Of a stretch of DNA of 50,432 bases, positions 8,327 to 16,865 are shown piece by piece; positions within the stretch are counted from its first letter, which is position 1; each line of letters begins with the position of its first letter. The notes beneath the pieces are model-generated. The model had not been told where the DNA came from and searched no databases. It worked only from the letters and a program-made list of their open reading frames with translations. Source of the stretch: a virus (Duplodnaviria; Caudoviricetes); IMG/VR virus record IMGVR_UViG_3300047388_000082, positions 1-50,432 of that record; one strand, 5' to 3'. Position numbers and translations under genes: made by a program.

Positions 8327-8725
8327 TCACGGAGTACCAAGGCGATCCTTGACGTACTCCGCCCCGTTGAGGTTGAAGATGATCGCTGCAGCGTGGTCCT
8401 CGTCAGTGTCTCCCCTGAGCCACTGTTCCGAGTGTCGGGAGAAAGACTCCCTGAACCGCTCCAGCTCTTCCTGACCTGCGGCCAACATCCAGTTGCGCGG
8501 GTTGTGTTCCCACGCTCCCTTAGACAGGTGAACAGCCCAACGCTCGTACATCGGACCGTCCCTCGTCAGCAGGTAGTTGATCTTCCCCGTCGCCGAGCTC
8601 CGCTGCATGCCACCGTTGAACTTGACCAAGACCGCCTGGTTAGCAACCCAATCCCGCTCAGCTTGCTTTTCTTCCTCGGTCCATTCCGAGTACCTTTTCC
8701 CCCACGGTGAATTGAGGGTGTTCAT
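8327..8725 (-). CDS. dATP/dGTP diphosphohydrolase-like protein (DUF5664-type)
   Basis: GKINYLL...KGA...RNW...SFSRH...EDHAAAIIFN. Confidence 0.75.
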   Translation of the reverse strand: MNTLNSPWGKRYSEWTEEEKQAERDWVANQAVLVKFNGGMQRSSATGKINYLLTRDGPMYERWAVHLSKGAWEHNPRNWMLAAGQEELERFRESFSRHSEQWLRGDTDEDHAAAIIFNLNGAEYVKDRLGTP

Positions 8726-9021
8726 CGAATGAACTCGCCGGCATACGCGGCGATCGACGGGCAGTAGTGCTCCGTGCTTGAGTCACCCGCCATCTCAGCG
8801 ATCCGACCGAGTGCGGTGCGGAACAACTTGCAAGTGTCGAGCGAGTCATTTGCGAGCTTGGCGTAGCACATGGTGACCTCGCCTACGTCCTCCGCTTCGT
8901 AGTCCGTCGCACACGTGCATTCATGCGCGAACCCGTACGTTTCGATCCAGAGGTCTCGGTTTTCGTTCATCCTCTGCGTTGACAGCCTCAGCTGTTCCAG
9001 CGTCTCCGAGTCTACCGGCAT
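8722..9021 (-). CDS. Hypothetical protein
   Basis: AAGGAG RBS, MPVDSETLEQL start; overlaps the polymerase C-terminal tail. Confidence 0.6.
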   Translation of the reverse strand: MPVDSETLEQLRLSTQRMNENRDLWIETYGFAHECTCATDYEAEDVGEVTMCYAKLANDSLDTCKLFRTALGRIAEMAGDSSTEHYCPSIAAYAGEFIR

Positions 9022-9820
9022 AAGTCTCCTTTTCAGCCCAGTTGGTTGTCGTCCACTCCATGTCAGCCTCGATCGGGACGAGCTCGCTGACCGGCGCGTA
9101 GTCCATGAGGATGGGGAGCTGCTCCTGTAGATAGGGCAGCTCGTCCATAACCGCGTCGATGGCGAACTCGTCGTGCACGTAGTTGACAAGGTGGGACTGC
9201 ATCTTCATGGCCTTGAGATGCGCATGGATCTTCACCATGGCAACGCGAGCAAGATCCCCGCCTGTGCCTTGGATGATGTAGTTCAACGCCTTGTGGAGCT
9301 CGAGCACACCTGTCTTCTCGTTCCGTGGCTCGAGGTGCCTACCGAACAGCGTCGTCAGGTAGCCACGCTCATCCCATCGGCGTTGGATTGCGCCCGGTCC
9401 CTCGCCCTGACGGAAGCCGCCGTTGCGGAAGGGTGGGTTGTTGAGCAGCTTGATCGACGGCCAGGTCGCGAAGAACTGCGCCTGCTGAGCCTGGGCAACT
9501 TTTAGGGGGATGCCTAGATTCGCAGCAGCCTTGCCTGCGCCGCCGCCGTAGATGGTCAGGAAGTTCCAGGTCTTGCCAATGTCCCGCTCATCGTCAGTGA
9601 TCACACTCTTGCCGAGGATGGCCTTGGCGGTTTCCTCATGCAGGTCGTCCCCGCGTCGGAACACTTCTGCCATGCCCTCGTCGCCAATGGTGTGGGCGAT
9701 GTAGAACGCGAGCAGCCTGTACTCCAGCTGCTTGTAGTCGAAGAAGAGCAGAGCATCCTGCTTGGGCACAAAGGCCCGCTTGATGACCTTATCTCCCTTC
9801 GGGATGTTCTGGAAGTTCAC
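8921..9820 (-). CDS. polA: DNA polymerase family A, C-terminal (palm/fingers) part
   Basis: NFQNIP, motif A DYKQLEYR, motif B GKTWNFLTIYG, motif C VHDE. Confidence 0.95.
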   Translation of the reverse strand: MNFQNIPKGDKVIKRAFVPKQDALLFFDYKQLEYRLLAFYIAHTIGDEGMAEVFRRGDDLHEETAKAILGKSVITDDERDIGKTWNFLTIYGGGAGKAAANLGIPLKVAQAQQAQFFATWPSIKLLNNPPFRNGGFRQGEGPGAIQRRWDERGYLTTLFGRHLEPRNEKTGVLELHKALNYIIQGTGGDLARVAMVKIHAHLKAMKMQSHLVNYVHDEFAIDAVMDELPYLQEQLPILMDYAPVSELVPIEADMEWTTTNWAEKETYAGRLGDAGTAEAVNAEDERKPRPLDRNVRVRA

Positions 9821-10077
9821 TAACGAGCGGCGATCAGCTGAAAGATCGCGACGTCCAACTCACAAGCCAACTGCTTGGCCTCATCAAGCGTCAGGTCTTT
9901 CACGAAGTCCTTGTAGCCACCTCCGTAAGACCGATCGTCGAAGATCGCCTTCGGGAACGTCAGCTTGATCTTCTTCGTGTGAACACTCGCGACCCCCACG
10001 GCAGAACGCGATGGCTCTGTTAGCGGAATCGCTCCCTTCATCGAGAGCTCCTTCTTCTTTTTCTTCTTGAGGCCCAT
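9820..10077 (-). CDS. Small basic protein between the polymerase halves
   Basis: MGLKKKKKKE...; 1-nt stop/start overlaps on both sides. Confidence 0.65.
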   Translation of the reverse strand: MGLKKKKKKELSMKGAIPLTEPSRSAVGVASVHTKKIKLTFPKAIFDDRSYGGGYKDFVKDLTLDEAKQLACELDVAIFQLIAAR

Positions 10078-10376
10078 TACGGCCGCACGTTCTTGAGGCT
10101 GCTGGCAAAGGTCGGCCGCTTCTCCAACGTGGAGACACGGGCGTCCAGATCGTTCGCAGCGTCAACCAGCTCGGAGATCCCGAGGTAGAGCATCTCCAGG
10201 ATGTCGGCTAGACTCGGCTCCTCGACTTCCGAAGCCTGCTCAGCTAGATCGAGCGCCTCGTAGGCGTCGTCGAGCTCCTGTACTGCAGGTGCCTCGTAGT
10301 CAGTCACGTCGCCGGGGTCAGCGTCCACCAGGCTCAACGTGCGGACAGGCGTGTTGTCGATCGGTGTTTCGTCCAC
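10077..10376 (-). CDS. Small acidic protein between the polymerase halves
   Basis: D/E-rich; 1-nt stop/start overlaps on both sides. Confidence 0.7.
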   Translation of the reverse strand: MDETPIDNTPVRTLSLVDADPGDVTDYEAPAVQELDDAYEALDLAEQASEVEEPSLADILEMLYLGISELVDAANDLDARVSTLEKRPTFASSLKNVRP

Positions 10377-11380
10377 TATCCCTCACTCTCTCCGGACGAC
10401 ATGCGCCCGGTCTTGGTTCCGTGTTGGCGGAAGTTCGGATGGATGATCCCGTCCTCCTGCTCATTCAGCATCGGCTGCAGGTAGGTGCCGTGCATCTTTC
10501 GTGTTGAGCGTAGGTGCAGGATCTCTCGGGCTAGGTCGTGGTCGACCTGAGACAACGTGTCCTTGTCTGTTCCTTCGAGGGTGATGCCCTCTTCCTCGAA
10601 CCTCGCAAGGATCTGCTGCCAACTACCGGGGTTGAACTCCTCCGTTGTTAGATCGCGGATACGGAGCTCGGTGCGCACGGCTTCTTTTCCGTACGCCTTG
10701 GCGGTGGCGGAGAGGTAGTCCATATCCAACGCCATGCCAGCACCCTCCATGTCTAGGAGGGCCAGGGTGACCAGCTTCTCGTGGGCATACAAAGCCACTA
10801 GTTCCGGCCAGTCCTGCAGCTTCGGGTGGAAGAGGTCAAAGAGTCCGAGGGTCAGGATCACGTCCTGGATCGCGTAGGGGATGACGACCTCACGTGGAAG
10901 CACGTGGTAGCCGTCCTCCTTCCGCAGCTTGAGCTTGCGTCGTACTGCGGCAAGCTCCTCGTCCTCCGTAGTCTCAACCCCGAGGTGTGTGCGGGCCAGA
11001 CTCTTGAGTCCCTTCTTCTGGTGCGCGTCTAGCAGGTGAGCCAACGTCTCCGTATCTTCAAGCCGATCGGCGGTGATCGCCTCTCGATCCAAGATGCCGG
11101 CCTGCACGAGCTTCTGTAGGTCGAACTTGATGTTGTGTCCGATCCACGTAGGCGTTGCTTGCAGGATCGCGCTCACCATCCACGAGCTGTCGTAGTCCAC
11201 CAGCTCGAAGTAGTGCCCTACTACGTCCCCGTCATCGCGGTCCCACGCGATCGTCGTACAGAAAGGAGTGTCGAAGTAGCCCAGTCCAGTGGTCTCTGTA
11301 TCGACCGCAATGATGTTGGGTTGGTCATTCAACCAGGCGTCGAACCCGGTCTCAGCTAAGGCCTGCAGCGAGCAGTCCAC
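10376..11380 (-). CDS. polA: DNA polymerase family A, N-terminal part (3'-5' exonuclease + thumb)
   Basis: ExoI VDTETTGL, ExoII HNIKFD, ExoIII YAIQD; ends TKTGRMSSGESEG*; GAGGAG RBS before GTG at 11380. Confidence 0.92.
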   Translation of the reverse strand: MDCSLQALAETGFDAWLNDQPNIIAVDTETTGLGYFDTPFCTTIAWDRDDGDVVGHYFELVDYDSSWMVSAILQATPTWIGHNIKFDLQKLVQAGILDREAITADRLEDTETLAHLLDAHQKKGLKSLARTHLGVETTEDEELAAVRRKLKLRKEDGYHVLPREVVIPYAIQDVILTLGLFDLFHPKLQDWPELVALYAHEKLVTLALLDMEGAGMALDMDYLSATAKAYGKEAVRTELRIRDLTTEEFNPGSWQQILARFEEEGITLEGTDKDTLSQVDHDLAREILHLRSTRKMHGTYLQPMLNEQEDGIIHPNFRQHGTKTGRMSSGESEG

Positions 11381-12017
11381 GGAAGAACTCCTCGTCTCCG
11401 GTCTTGAGGTCATCCAGCGTGACGGAGTAGGCATCCGCAATAGCTTGCGGGTCAGCCTCTACTCCACCGTCGATGGCGAGCTGCGTAACACGTGCCTTGA
11501 GGTCCGCAAGCGGATCGGCGTTGCGGCCGTCGTGCTCCGGTGCCTCCTTGTCGTACAGGCAGAGTCCGAACTGGTCCCCGAGCGATGCGAATGCACGCTT
11601 GAGGGCGTCGGTCACGGCCTCCTTGCTGGCGAGCTCGTGCGGGGTAATGCGGCTCATGTTGTACTCCTGAGCATCCCCGTAGCCCACGTCGCTGTAGGTG
11701 GCGTACCCTCTGGTGTCCCGGAAGATCGAACCATCCAGGGGATACGGTCCTACAGACACTTCGACGATGGCCCTGTATCCAACGCGCACCCCGGTCTTAC
11801 CGTTGGAGTTGGTGAACTCCTCTTCACCTAGACAAGACAGATCCGCCACCCGATACCCCCAGCCTCCATAGCCGAAGATCTCGTTCGCACGTTGCTTGAC
11901 GTCCCAGCCCTCCAGGTAGGAGAACTCTTTACCTCCGCCGCCCGACCTCTTGCTGACACGCTGCGGATCCAGCGGAGCGTCGAGTGCTTCGGAGATACCT
12001 TGATCAAATGCTGACAA
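11352..12017 (-). CDS. Rad52/Sak-type single-strand annealing protein
   Basis: YLEGWDVKQRANEIFGYGGW and KEAVTDALKRAFASLGDQFGLCLYDK. Confidence 0.93.
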   Translation of the reverse strand: MSAFDQGISEALDAPLDPQRVSKRSGGGGKEFSYLEGWDVKQRANEIFGYGGWGYRVADLSCLGEEEFTNSNGKTGVRVGYRAIVEVSVGPYPLDGSIFRDTRGYATYSDVGYGDAQEYNMSRITPHELASKEAVTDALKRAFASLGDQFGLCLYDKEAPEHDGRNADPLADLKARVTQLAIDGGVEADPQAIADAYSVTLDDLKTGDEEFFRGLLAAGLS

Positions 12018-12963
12018 TCGTCACCTCCTTGCTGCGGTAGTCCTTCTCGCTCGGAGTGATGAGCGCGAGCTCCTCCGAGTCCTTGTAGGGCACATACTCC
12101 TGGTCGAGGTTGTAGTGCCCAATCTTGTTGATGCCCTGCGAGCTGCACGCACACAGCGTGTCGTCGTAGGGGCAGTACTGCGCTGACCAGTGCGGGTAGA
12201 GCTTGAGGTCGAAGACCTTGGTCTTGTCATTCCAGCTCAACTTCTGCTCACGCGGCATGATCGGGGCGAGCTCGGGCGTCACGAAGCACGCCTCAGCCGT
12301 GTAGCTCCCGCTCAAGAACGCCTGGCCCGTGTCCGGGTGGCCCCAGACTAGACTCTCGAGGTACCGAGCCGTTGCCATCCATCTCGCATCCATCTGGCCG
12401 TAGACGGACTCCCTAGACAGGGGAGTGCATTCCGCCTCGATGGGTGCCGTGACGTCGCTGCCACCACTGGAAGTGGGCAGGTAGAACACGGAGAACCCGT
12501 TGACCAGCGGGAAGCCGGCGTCGTAAAACGCATACCAGTACGCCGAGCACTGCCACATGTGCTCCGTCTTGGCACCATCCCTCGCGATCCACCGGAGACC
12601 TTCTCCCCGCATGGTCTTGAGGTCGCCCAGCACGAAGCCACCCTTGTCAGCGTCCCAGAAGATCAGGTCTGCTGTCCCGCTCCAACCCACATTCATCCAG
12701 CGGTTGAGCTTGACCTCCTGCATGAACGGGATGCCCTGGTCGACCAAGGTCGAGAAGAGGCGGCGATGCCACATGGTCCCGTTCTCCATCGCCATGGACT
12801 CAGCGATTCCGCGAGTCACACTTTCAGGCGCCCCCGCCAGACGTAGCTGCGTATGACGCAGGGGGCCGATCAGATCCGAACTTGCGTGGAGTAGCCCATC
12901 CTCCGGTCGTCTGGAAGATGCGATCTCTTTCTCCACTATGGAAGCTAGATCTACTGGAAGCAT
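12004..12963 (-). CDS. PD-(D/E)XK (RecB/Cas4-like) exonuclease
   Basis: GTMWH, GTADL...GDLKT, QCSAY, CPY; adjacent to the annealase. Confidence 0.8.
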   Translation of the reverse strand: MLPVDLASIVEKEIASSRRPEDGLLHASSDLIGPLRHTQLRLAGAPESVTRGIAESMAMENGTMWHRRLFSTLVDQGIPFMQEVKLNRWMNVGWSGTADLIFWDADKGGFVLGDLKTMRGEGLRWIARDGAKTEHMWQCSAYWYAFYDAGFPLVNGFSVFYLPTSSGGSDVTAPIEAECTPLSRESVYGQMDARWMATARYLESLVWGHPDTGQAFLSGSYTAEACFVTPELAPIMPREQKLSWNDKTKVFDLKLYPHWSAQYCPYDDTLCACSSQGINKIGHYNLDQEYVPYKDSEELALITPSEKDYRSKEVTIVSI

Positions 12964-13172
12964 TACTCCTTTCTTAGTACCTCAAGTGAGTATCCAAGGA
13001 CTCTCACGATGTGAACTAGTGTCCCGATAGATGGGTTCTTCTCTCCACTCTCGATCCTGGAGATCATCGGTTGTCCCACTCTGGACTTAGCTCCTAGCTC
13101 CTTTTGCGACAGTCCTGCTTCTTCTCGTAACTCCCTTACGACTGATCCCACGTTGCGGAGTGTCAGTTTCAT
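12963..13172 (-). CDS. XRE-family HTH regulator
   Basis: LREEAGLSQKELG...ISRIESGEKNPSIGTL. Confidence 0.92.
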   Translation of the reverse strand: MKLTLRNVGSVVRELREEAGLSQKELGAKSRVGQPMISRIESGEKNPSIGTLVHIVRVLGYSLEVLRKE

Positions 13173-13419
13173 TCGTCTCCTTCGGAGGCCATGGAGTGCT
13201 CCCGGTCGGATCGTGCCCGACCTTCGCGCAGGCTCTCACATACACCGGCCACATCAGCTTTGGACGCTTGGGCTTAGGCGTTCTGCAGAGCCAGCACTCC
13301 TCTAGACTTCCGTTGACGACGATTCGACACTCCTTCTTGGCGCAGTACCAGGTCTTAGGTGTGGGCGGATGAAGAAGGATTCTCAGATCCGCTTTGGTCG
13401 GCTTAGCTGTCCGGGCCAT
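13087..13419 (-). CDS. Zn-finger protein (RanBP2-like pattern)
   Basis: WYCAKKECRIVVNGSLEECWLCRTPKP. Confidence 0.6.
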   Translation of the reverse strand: MARTAKPTKADLRILLHPPTPKTWYCAKKECRIVVNGSLEECWLCRTPKPKRPKLMWPVYVRACAKVGHDPTGSTPWPPKETNETDTPQRGISRKGVTRRSRTVAKGARS

Positions 13420-13594
13420 TCGGGTCCAGTTCTGCCTTCATGTACCCAGGTTGTTTCGCGAGCCAACGCATCAGGTTAGTGATGGGCTGGCCGATGAACT
13501 TACGGACGATGGGCGGCGCATCAACTATCACGTCGTCCTCGTCTATGGCTACGGACACACTCATGCGTTCCGTGGATAGCCACCACCAGCGCAT
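13403..13594 (-). CDS. Small hypothetical protein
   Basis: GAAGGGAG RBS; ORF track. Confidence 0.7.
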   Translation of the reverse strand: MRWWWLSTERMSVSVAIDEDDVIVDAPPIVRKFIGQPITNLMRWLAKQPGYMKAELDPNGPDS

Positions 13595-13730
13595 AGCACT
13601 CCCTTCGTCTCGTCTTTACCCCTGTACGGGCGGCCTTCGCCGGACTCCAGCCGTCACCTGTCCTGGTGTCGGTGCTCCGTGACTTCGGCCCTCACGGGAG
13701 GCTATGGTGCTACCTCCCTTACAACGAACC

Positions 13731-13756
13731 GCCCCCCGAGAATATTCCCGAGGGGC
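13731..13756 (-). terminator. Stem-loop after the DUF6197-like gene
   Basis: GCCCCTCGGGA-ATAT-TCTCGGGGGGC; weak U tail. Confidence 0.5.
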
Positions 13757-13769
13757 ATCCTCAGCGAAG

Positions 13770-14435
13770 CTACGCGGTGAGCGCAGCCGTGACGGCCCCG
13801 ACGCCTCCGCGCATCCCGTCCGGAATGCGATTGGGTGCGAGCTCGACCGCGATGTCGAACACGGCGATCAGTTCTTCCTTGCTCTCACAGCGGGAGTCGT
13901 TCCAGTCCTCCACGCTGTCGAACTGGTAGCCCTGTCCACTCTGGCTGGCGTACTCCTCGAAGGACACAGGATCACCCAGCTCCTCCTCGGGGCCCGAGTA
14001 GAGAGCGCGGTCATCCAGATACCACTTGTAGTCATCTTCGAGAGAATCCCGCTCCCACTCAGTGAGACCACGATTAGCCTCGAACTGCATGATCGCCTCT
14101 TCCACATACGGGCGGACCACGTTCATCTCGGTCGTGTCGAGGAGGAACTGTCCCGAGTCAGCCTCGTCGTAGTTGCCGACGATCTTGATGGGGCACTCGA
14201 TCCCCTTACTCAGGAGGGCGAGCTCGAGGAAGCCTAGAGCACAGGCAGACTTGACCGCCTGGACAGTCGGGATCTCCTTCCCGTCCACGACGATGGTGCT
14301 GGTACCGAAGTTGCCATTAGCTCCGCCTGCGCGGCCACCAGTGGCGTTCTCTCCGAGGTGGTGGAACGTGTGCCTGACCCACTCCTTCTCGTCGATCAGG
14401 GAGCGGGCAATACGAAGGATGCCTTTTGGAGTCAT
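13770..14435 (-). CDS. DUF6197-like protein
   Basis: ILRIARSLI...W...CALG...WND...EELIAVFD pattern. Confidence 0.55.
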   Translation of the reverse strand: MTPKGILRIARSLIDEKEWVRHTFHHLGENATGGRAGGANGNFGTSTIVVDGKEIPTVQAVKSACALGFLELALLSKGIECPIKIVGNYDEADSGQFLLDTTEMNVVRPYVEEAIMQFEANRGLTEWERDSLEDDYKWYLDDRALYSGPEEELGDPVSFEEYASQSGQGYQFDSVEDWNDSRCESKEELIAVFDIAVELAPNRIPDGMRGGVGAVTAALTA

Positions 14436-14446
14436 GTGATTCCTTT

Positions 14447-15268
14447 CTAGAACTCGATGAGGTTGTCGGTGTCGTCCTCGGTGTCGCCGTCATCCGTAGA
14501 TGTCAAGCGATCGAGGACGTTGAAGTTCACGTCCAAGCATGTACCAGGACGCTCGGTCTCGATCAGGCGGGCGATCCCGCCCAGCATGGCGGCGGCTGAC
14601 CTAGGGGCCAAGGCCGGCGCGGTGTTCACTTCCAGCACGTAGGTGTGGCCGTCGTCTCCTACAACGAGATCGACAGCCCCGAAGTGCAGCCCGTGAGCCT
14701 TGACCGCTGCTATGGCCAGGGACTCCTGGAACGCGTTGAGACGCGTCCTGGGAGACACGAAGGTGTGTCCGTGCTCGTAGTTGCGAATCCAAGGCGTGTA
14801 CACCGTGTCATCCGTCAGAACCTTCTCTGACACACGGACGCACTCATCCCCGACCACACGAGCCCGGTACTCACGGGCGACAGGAACGTACTCCACGAAG
14901 AAGTCCGCCGATGGGTACATGGCGGCGTCTCCAAGCTGCATACACAGACCGATGTCCTGGCCCCGCGTATGGTTGATGCTGCGGGACAAGAAGGGCGCAC
15001 GCAGGTTCCCAGGTACCTCCGAGAAGCGAGGGACAACAATCCCCCGCTGTGACATACGGAGAAAGCTGTTCAGCTTGTGGGTAGCCCGCTCAATGGCGTT
15101 CGCTGGGTTGATGGTCAGCTCAGCCTGGTACGGGACACTTCCTGTTGCTCCCCAGCGGATCAAGACGTCTTGCCTATCGCTGGGTACTTCCGTGCCGTGG
15201 GGGATGCCCAGCGCCTCGCCGAGCACCTCCCCAGTAGGCCGCGTGGTGCGGTGGTAGAGGAAGAACAT
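14447..15268 (-). CDS. ATP-grasp (RimK/YheCD-like) peptide ligase
   Basis: LIRWG, EYRARV, FGAVDLV, YVLEVNTAP. Confidence 0.88.
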   Translation of the reverse strand: MFFLYHRTTRPTGEVLGEALGIPHGTEVPSDRQDVLIRWGATGSVPYQAELTINPANAIERATHKLNSFLRMSQRGIVVPRFSEVPGNLRAPFLSRSINHTRGQDIGLCMQLGDAAMYPSADFFVEYVPVAREYRARVVGDECVRVSEKVLTDDTVYTPWIRNYEHGHTFVSPRTRLNAFQESLAIAAVKAHGLHFGAVDLVVGDDGHTYVLEVNTAPALAPRSAAAMLGGIARLIETERPGTCLDVNFNVLDRLTSTDDGDTEDDTDNLIEF

Positions 15269-15426
15269 CAGCAGCTACACCGTTCAGGTGAGCAGGCAGG
15301 GCAACGGCTGTGAATTGCTTCGCTCCTGTATTCCAGGATCGTCTGCTGCTGCTCTGCGATGACGGCTTCGAGCTTGGTGACCTTCTCCTCACAGTCGCAC
15401 CCGAACTCCGGATGACAGAAGGCCAT
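15268..15426 (-). CDS. 52-aa Cys-rich peptide
   Basis: MAFCHPEFGCDCEEKV...CPACSPERCSC*; coupled at both ends. Confidence 0.6.
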   Translation of the reverse strand: MAFCHPEFGCDCEEKVTKLEAVIAEQQQTILEYRSEAIHSRCPACSPERCSC

Positions 15427-16865
15427 TAGTGGAACACCTGCCTCATCTTGGACAAGAACCCGCCGAGGCCCTCGCCTTCGAGCTCGTCCTCCCAGGCATT
15501 GACCTCCTTCTCGATGTCGGCGTAAGCCGTGTCGCACTCCTCTCTGGCCTCAGACAGCCAGGGGTCGTTGTTGATGACGAACACCTCTGCACGGAACAGC
15601 ACCCACTCGACGAAGCCCACGTTGTAGGTCGTCTTCTCAGCCACCTTGGCGAGGATGAAGTTGTGCCTCTCCATGTTGTCGCTTTGCAGCGCATCGTTGA
15701 GCACTGTTGCCATATCCGCGTCGGGATACTCGCTCCCCGCCACCAGTGCGAGCTGCGGCTTCGGACGCGGAGTACCAATCACGTTCGCGGCCGGTGCCAT
15801 GCAGTCGGGACAGAACATCAGCGACTCGTAGACCTCTTCCAGCTCCGTGTATGACGTCCAATCCCCGCAGGAGTCACACTGGATGTAAGAGTCGATCAGG
15901 TCGGTATCCTCTGACACCACTTCCATGAACTCGGCACAACCGCAGCGCGGTCCTGCACTGTAGGAAGCGCCTGTGTCATCAGAGGTCTTCTTGCGGGACA
16001 GGCACTCACCGTCGTAGTACTGGGTGGCGTGCCAGAACCGAGAGTGACCACACTCACACACGGCGTTGCGCTCCGAGGGTGAGAGGACGGTGTTGCAGGA
16101 CGCTCCCGTCCACTGGCTCCCGGTGTTGTAGTAGGTGCGCTCCTTGACCTTGAACTCAAGCAGCTCCCACTCGTCACCAGTGACGTAGACGATCTGACCC
16201 GCCTTGAACTCCTGGAACTTGTCGTTGCTCGGCGGAGTGCCGAACACCTTGGCCCATGCGTTCTGGATGGCGCCCATCTCAGAGGCCCACACCAGGAAGT
16301 TGGCGTTCTCGTGGAAGATCAGGGGCGAGCTTTCACCCTTGGCGAGCACGAGCATGTCGGGGAAGGCCACCGGGTTTATGGCCGCGACGGCGAAGCCGCC
16401 CTCGAGCTCTTGCAGCGCCAGGTGCACCTTGTCGATCCCGTGCTTCTGAATCAGCGCCGGGATGATCTCGGAGTCAACCTGCCCTAGACGAGCGATCCCC
16501 GTCTCTGCGAACAGTTCGTGATCGTTGCTGATGTGACCGTTGTGGGTCACGAAGGTCGTACCGGAGAGGACAGGGTGATTGTTGACGTTCTCCTCAGGAC
16601 GCCCCTGCGTCGCGTAGCGGGTGTGGAGGATGACTGACCGGATGTCGTCACCCTGGATCTTCGGCCGGATCTTGATAAAGTCCGACGCTTTCAGCGGCTC
16701 CTTCGACAGGGCCACCTTCTTGCCACCGACAGATGCGTAGGCCACGCCTGTGGAATCCGTACCTCGGTGCTCGATTGACAACAGCAGCTCATCGACGAAA
16801 CGATTGAGCTGACGCCCGTCTAGACTTCCGGGCTTCTTGATGTGGATACCAGCGATTCCGCACAT
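15426..16865 (-). CDS. Class II (Ntn) glutamine amidotransferase with Cys-rich C-terminal extension
   Basis: MCGIAG start (Cys1), HRGTDSTG, HTRYATQG, NNHP, HNGHI, VDSE, WASE. Confidence 0.92.
   Translation of the reverse strand: MCGIAGIHIKKPGSLDGRQLNRFVDELLLSIEHRGTDSTGVAYASVGGKKVALSKEPLKASDFIKIRPKIQGDDIRSVILHTRYATQGRPEENVNNHPVLSGTTFVTHNGHISNDHELFAETGIARLGQVDSEIIPALIQKHGIDKVHLALQELEGGFAVAAINPVAFPDMLVLAKGESSPLIFHENANFLVWASEMGAIQNAWAKVFGTPPSNDKFQEFKAGQIVYVTGDEWELLEFKVKERTYYNTGSQWTGASCNTVLSPSERNAVCECGHSRFWHATQYYDGECLSRKKTSDDTGASYSAGPRCGCAEFMEVVSEDTDLIDSYIQCDSCGDWTSYTELEEVYESLMFCPDCMAPAANVIGTPRPKPQLALVAGSEYPDADMATVLNDALQSDNMERHNFILAKVAEKTTYNVGFVEWVLFRAEVFVINNDPWLSEAREECDTAYADIEKEVNAWEDELEGEGLGGFLSKMRQVFH

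Noticed and set aside
7799-8725. Z-genome (2-aminoadenine) or other base-modification system suggested by the DUF5664-like gene
   Set aside because: No PurZ or other base-synthesis gene is visible; general nucleotide-pool editing is sufficient
9821-10375. Group I intron or intein in the polymerase
   Set aside because: The gap is filled by two coupled ORFs with no homing-endonuclease motif, intein ends or recognisable intron core; not formally excluded without RT-PCR
12004-12963. Cas4/CRISPR system
   Set aside because: No repeat-spacer array or other cas gene; the context is exonuclease plus annealase recombination
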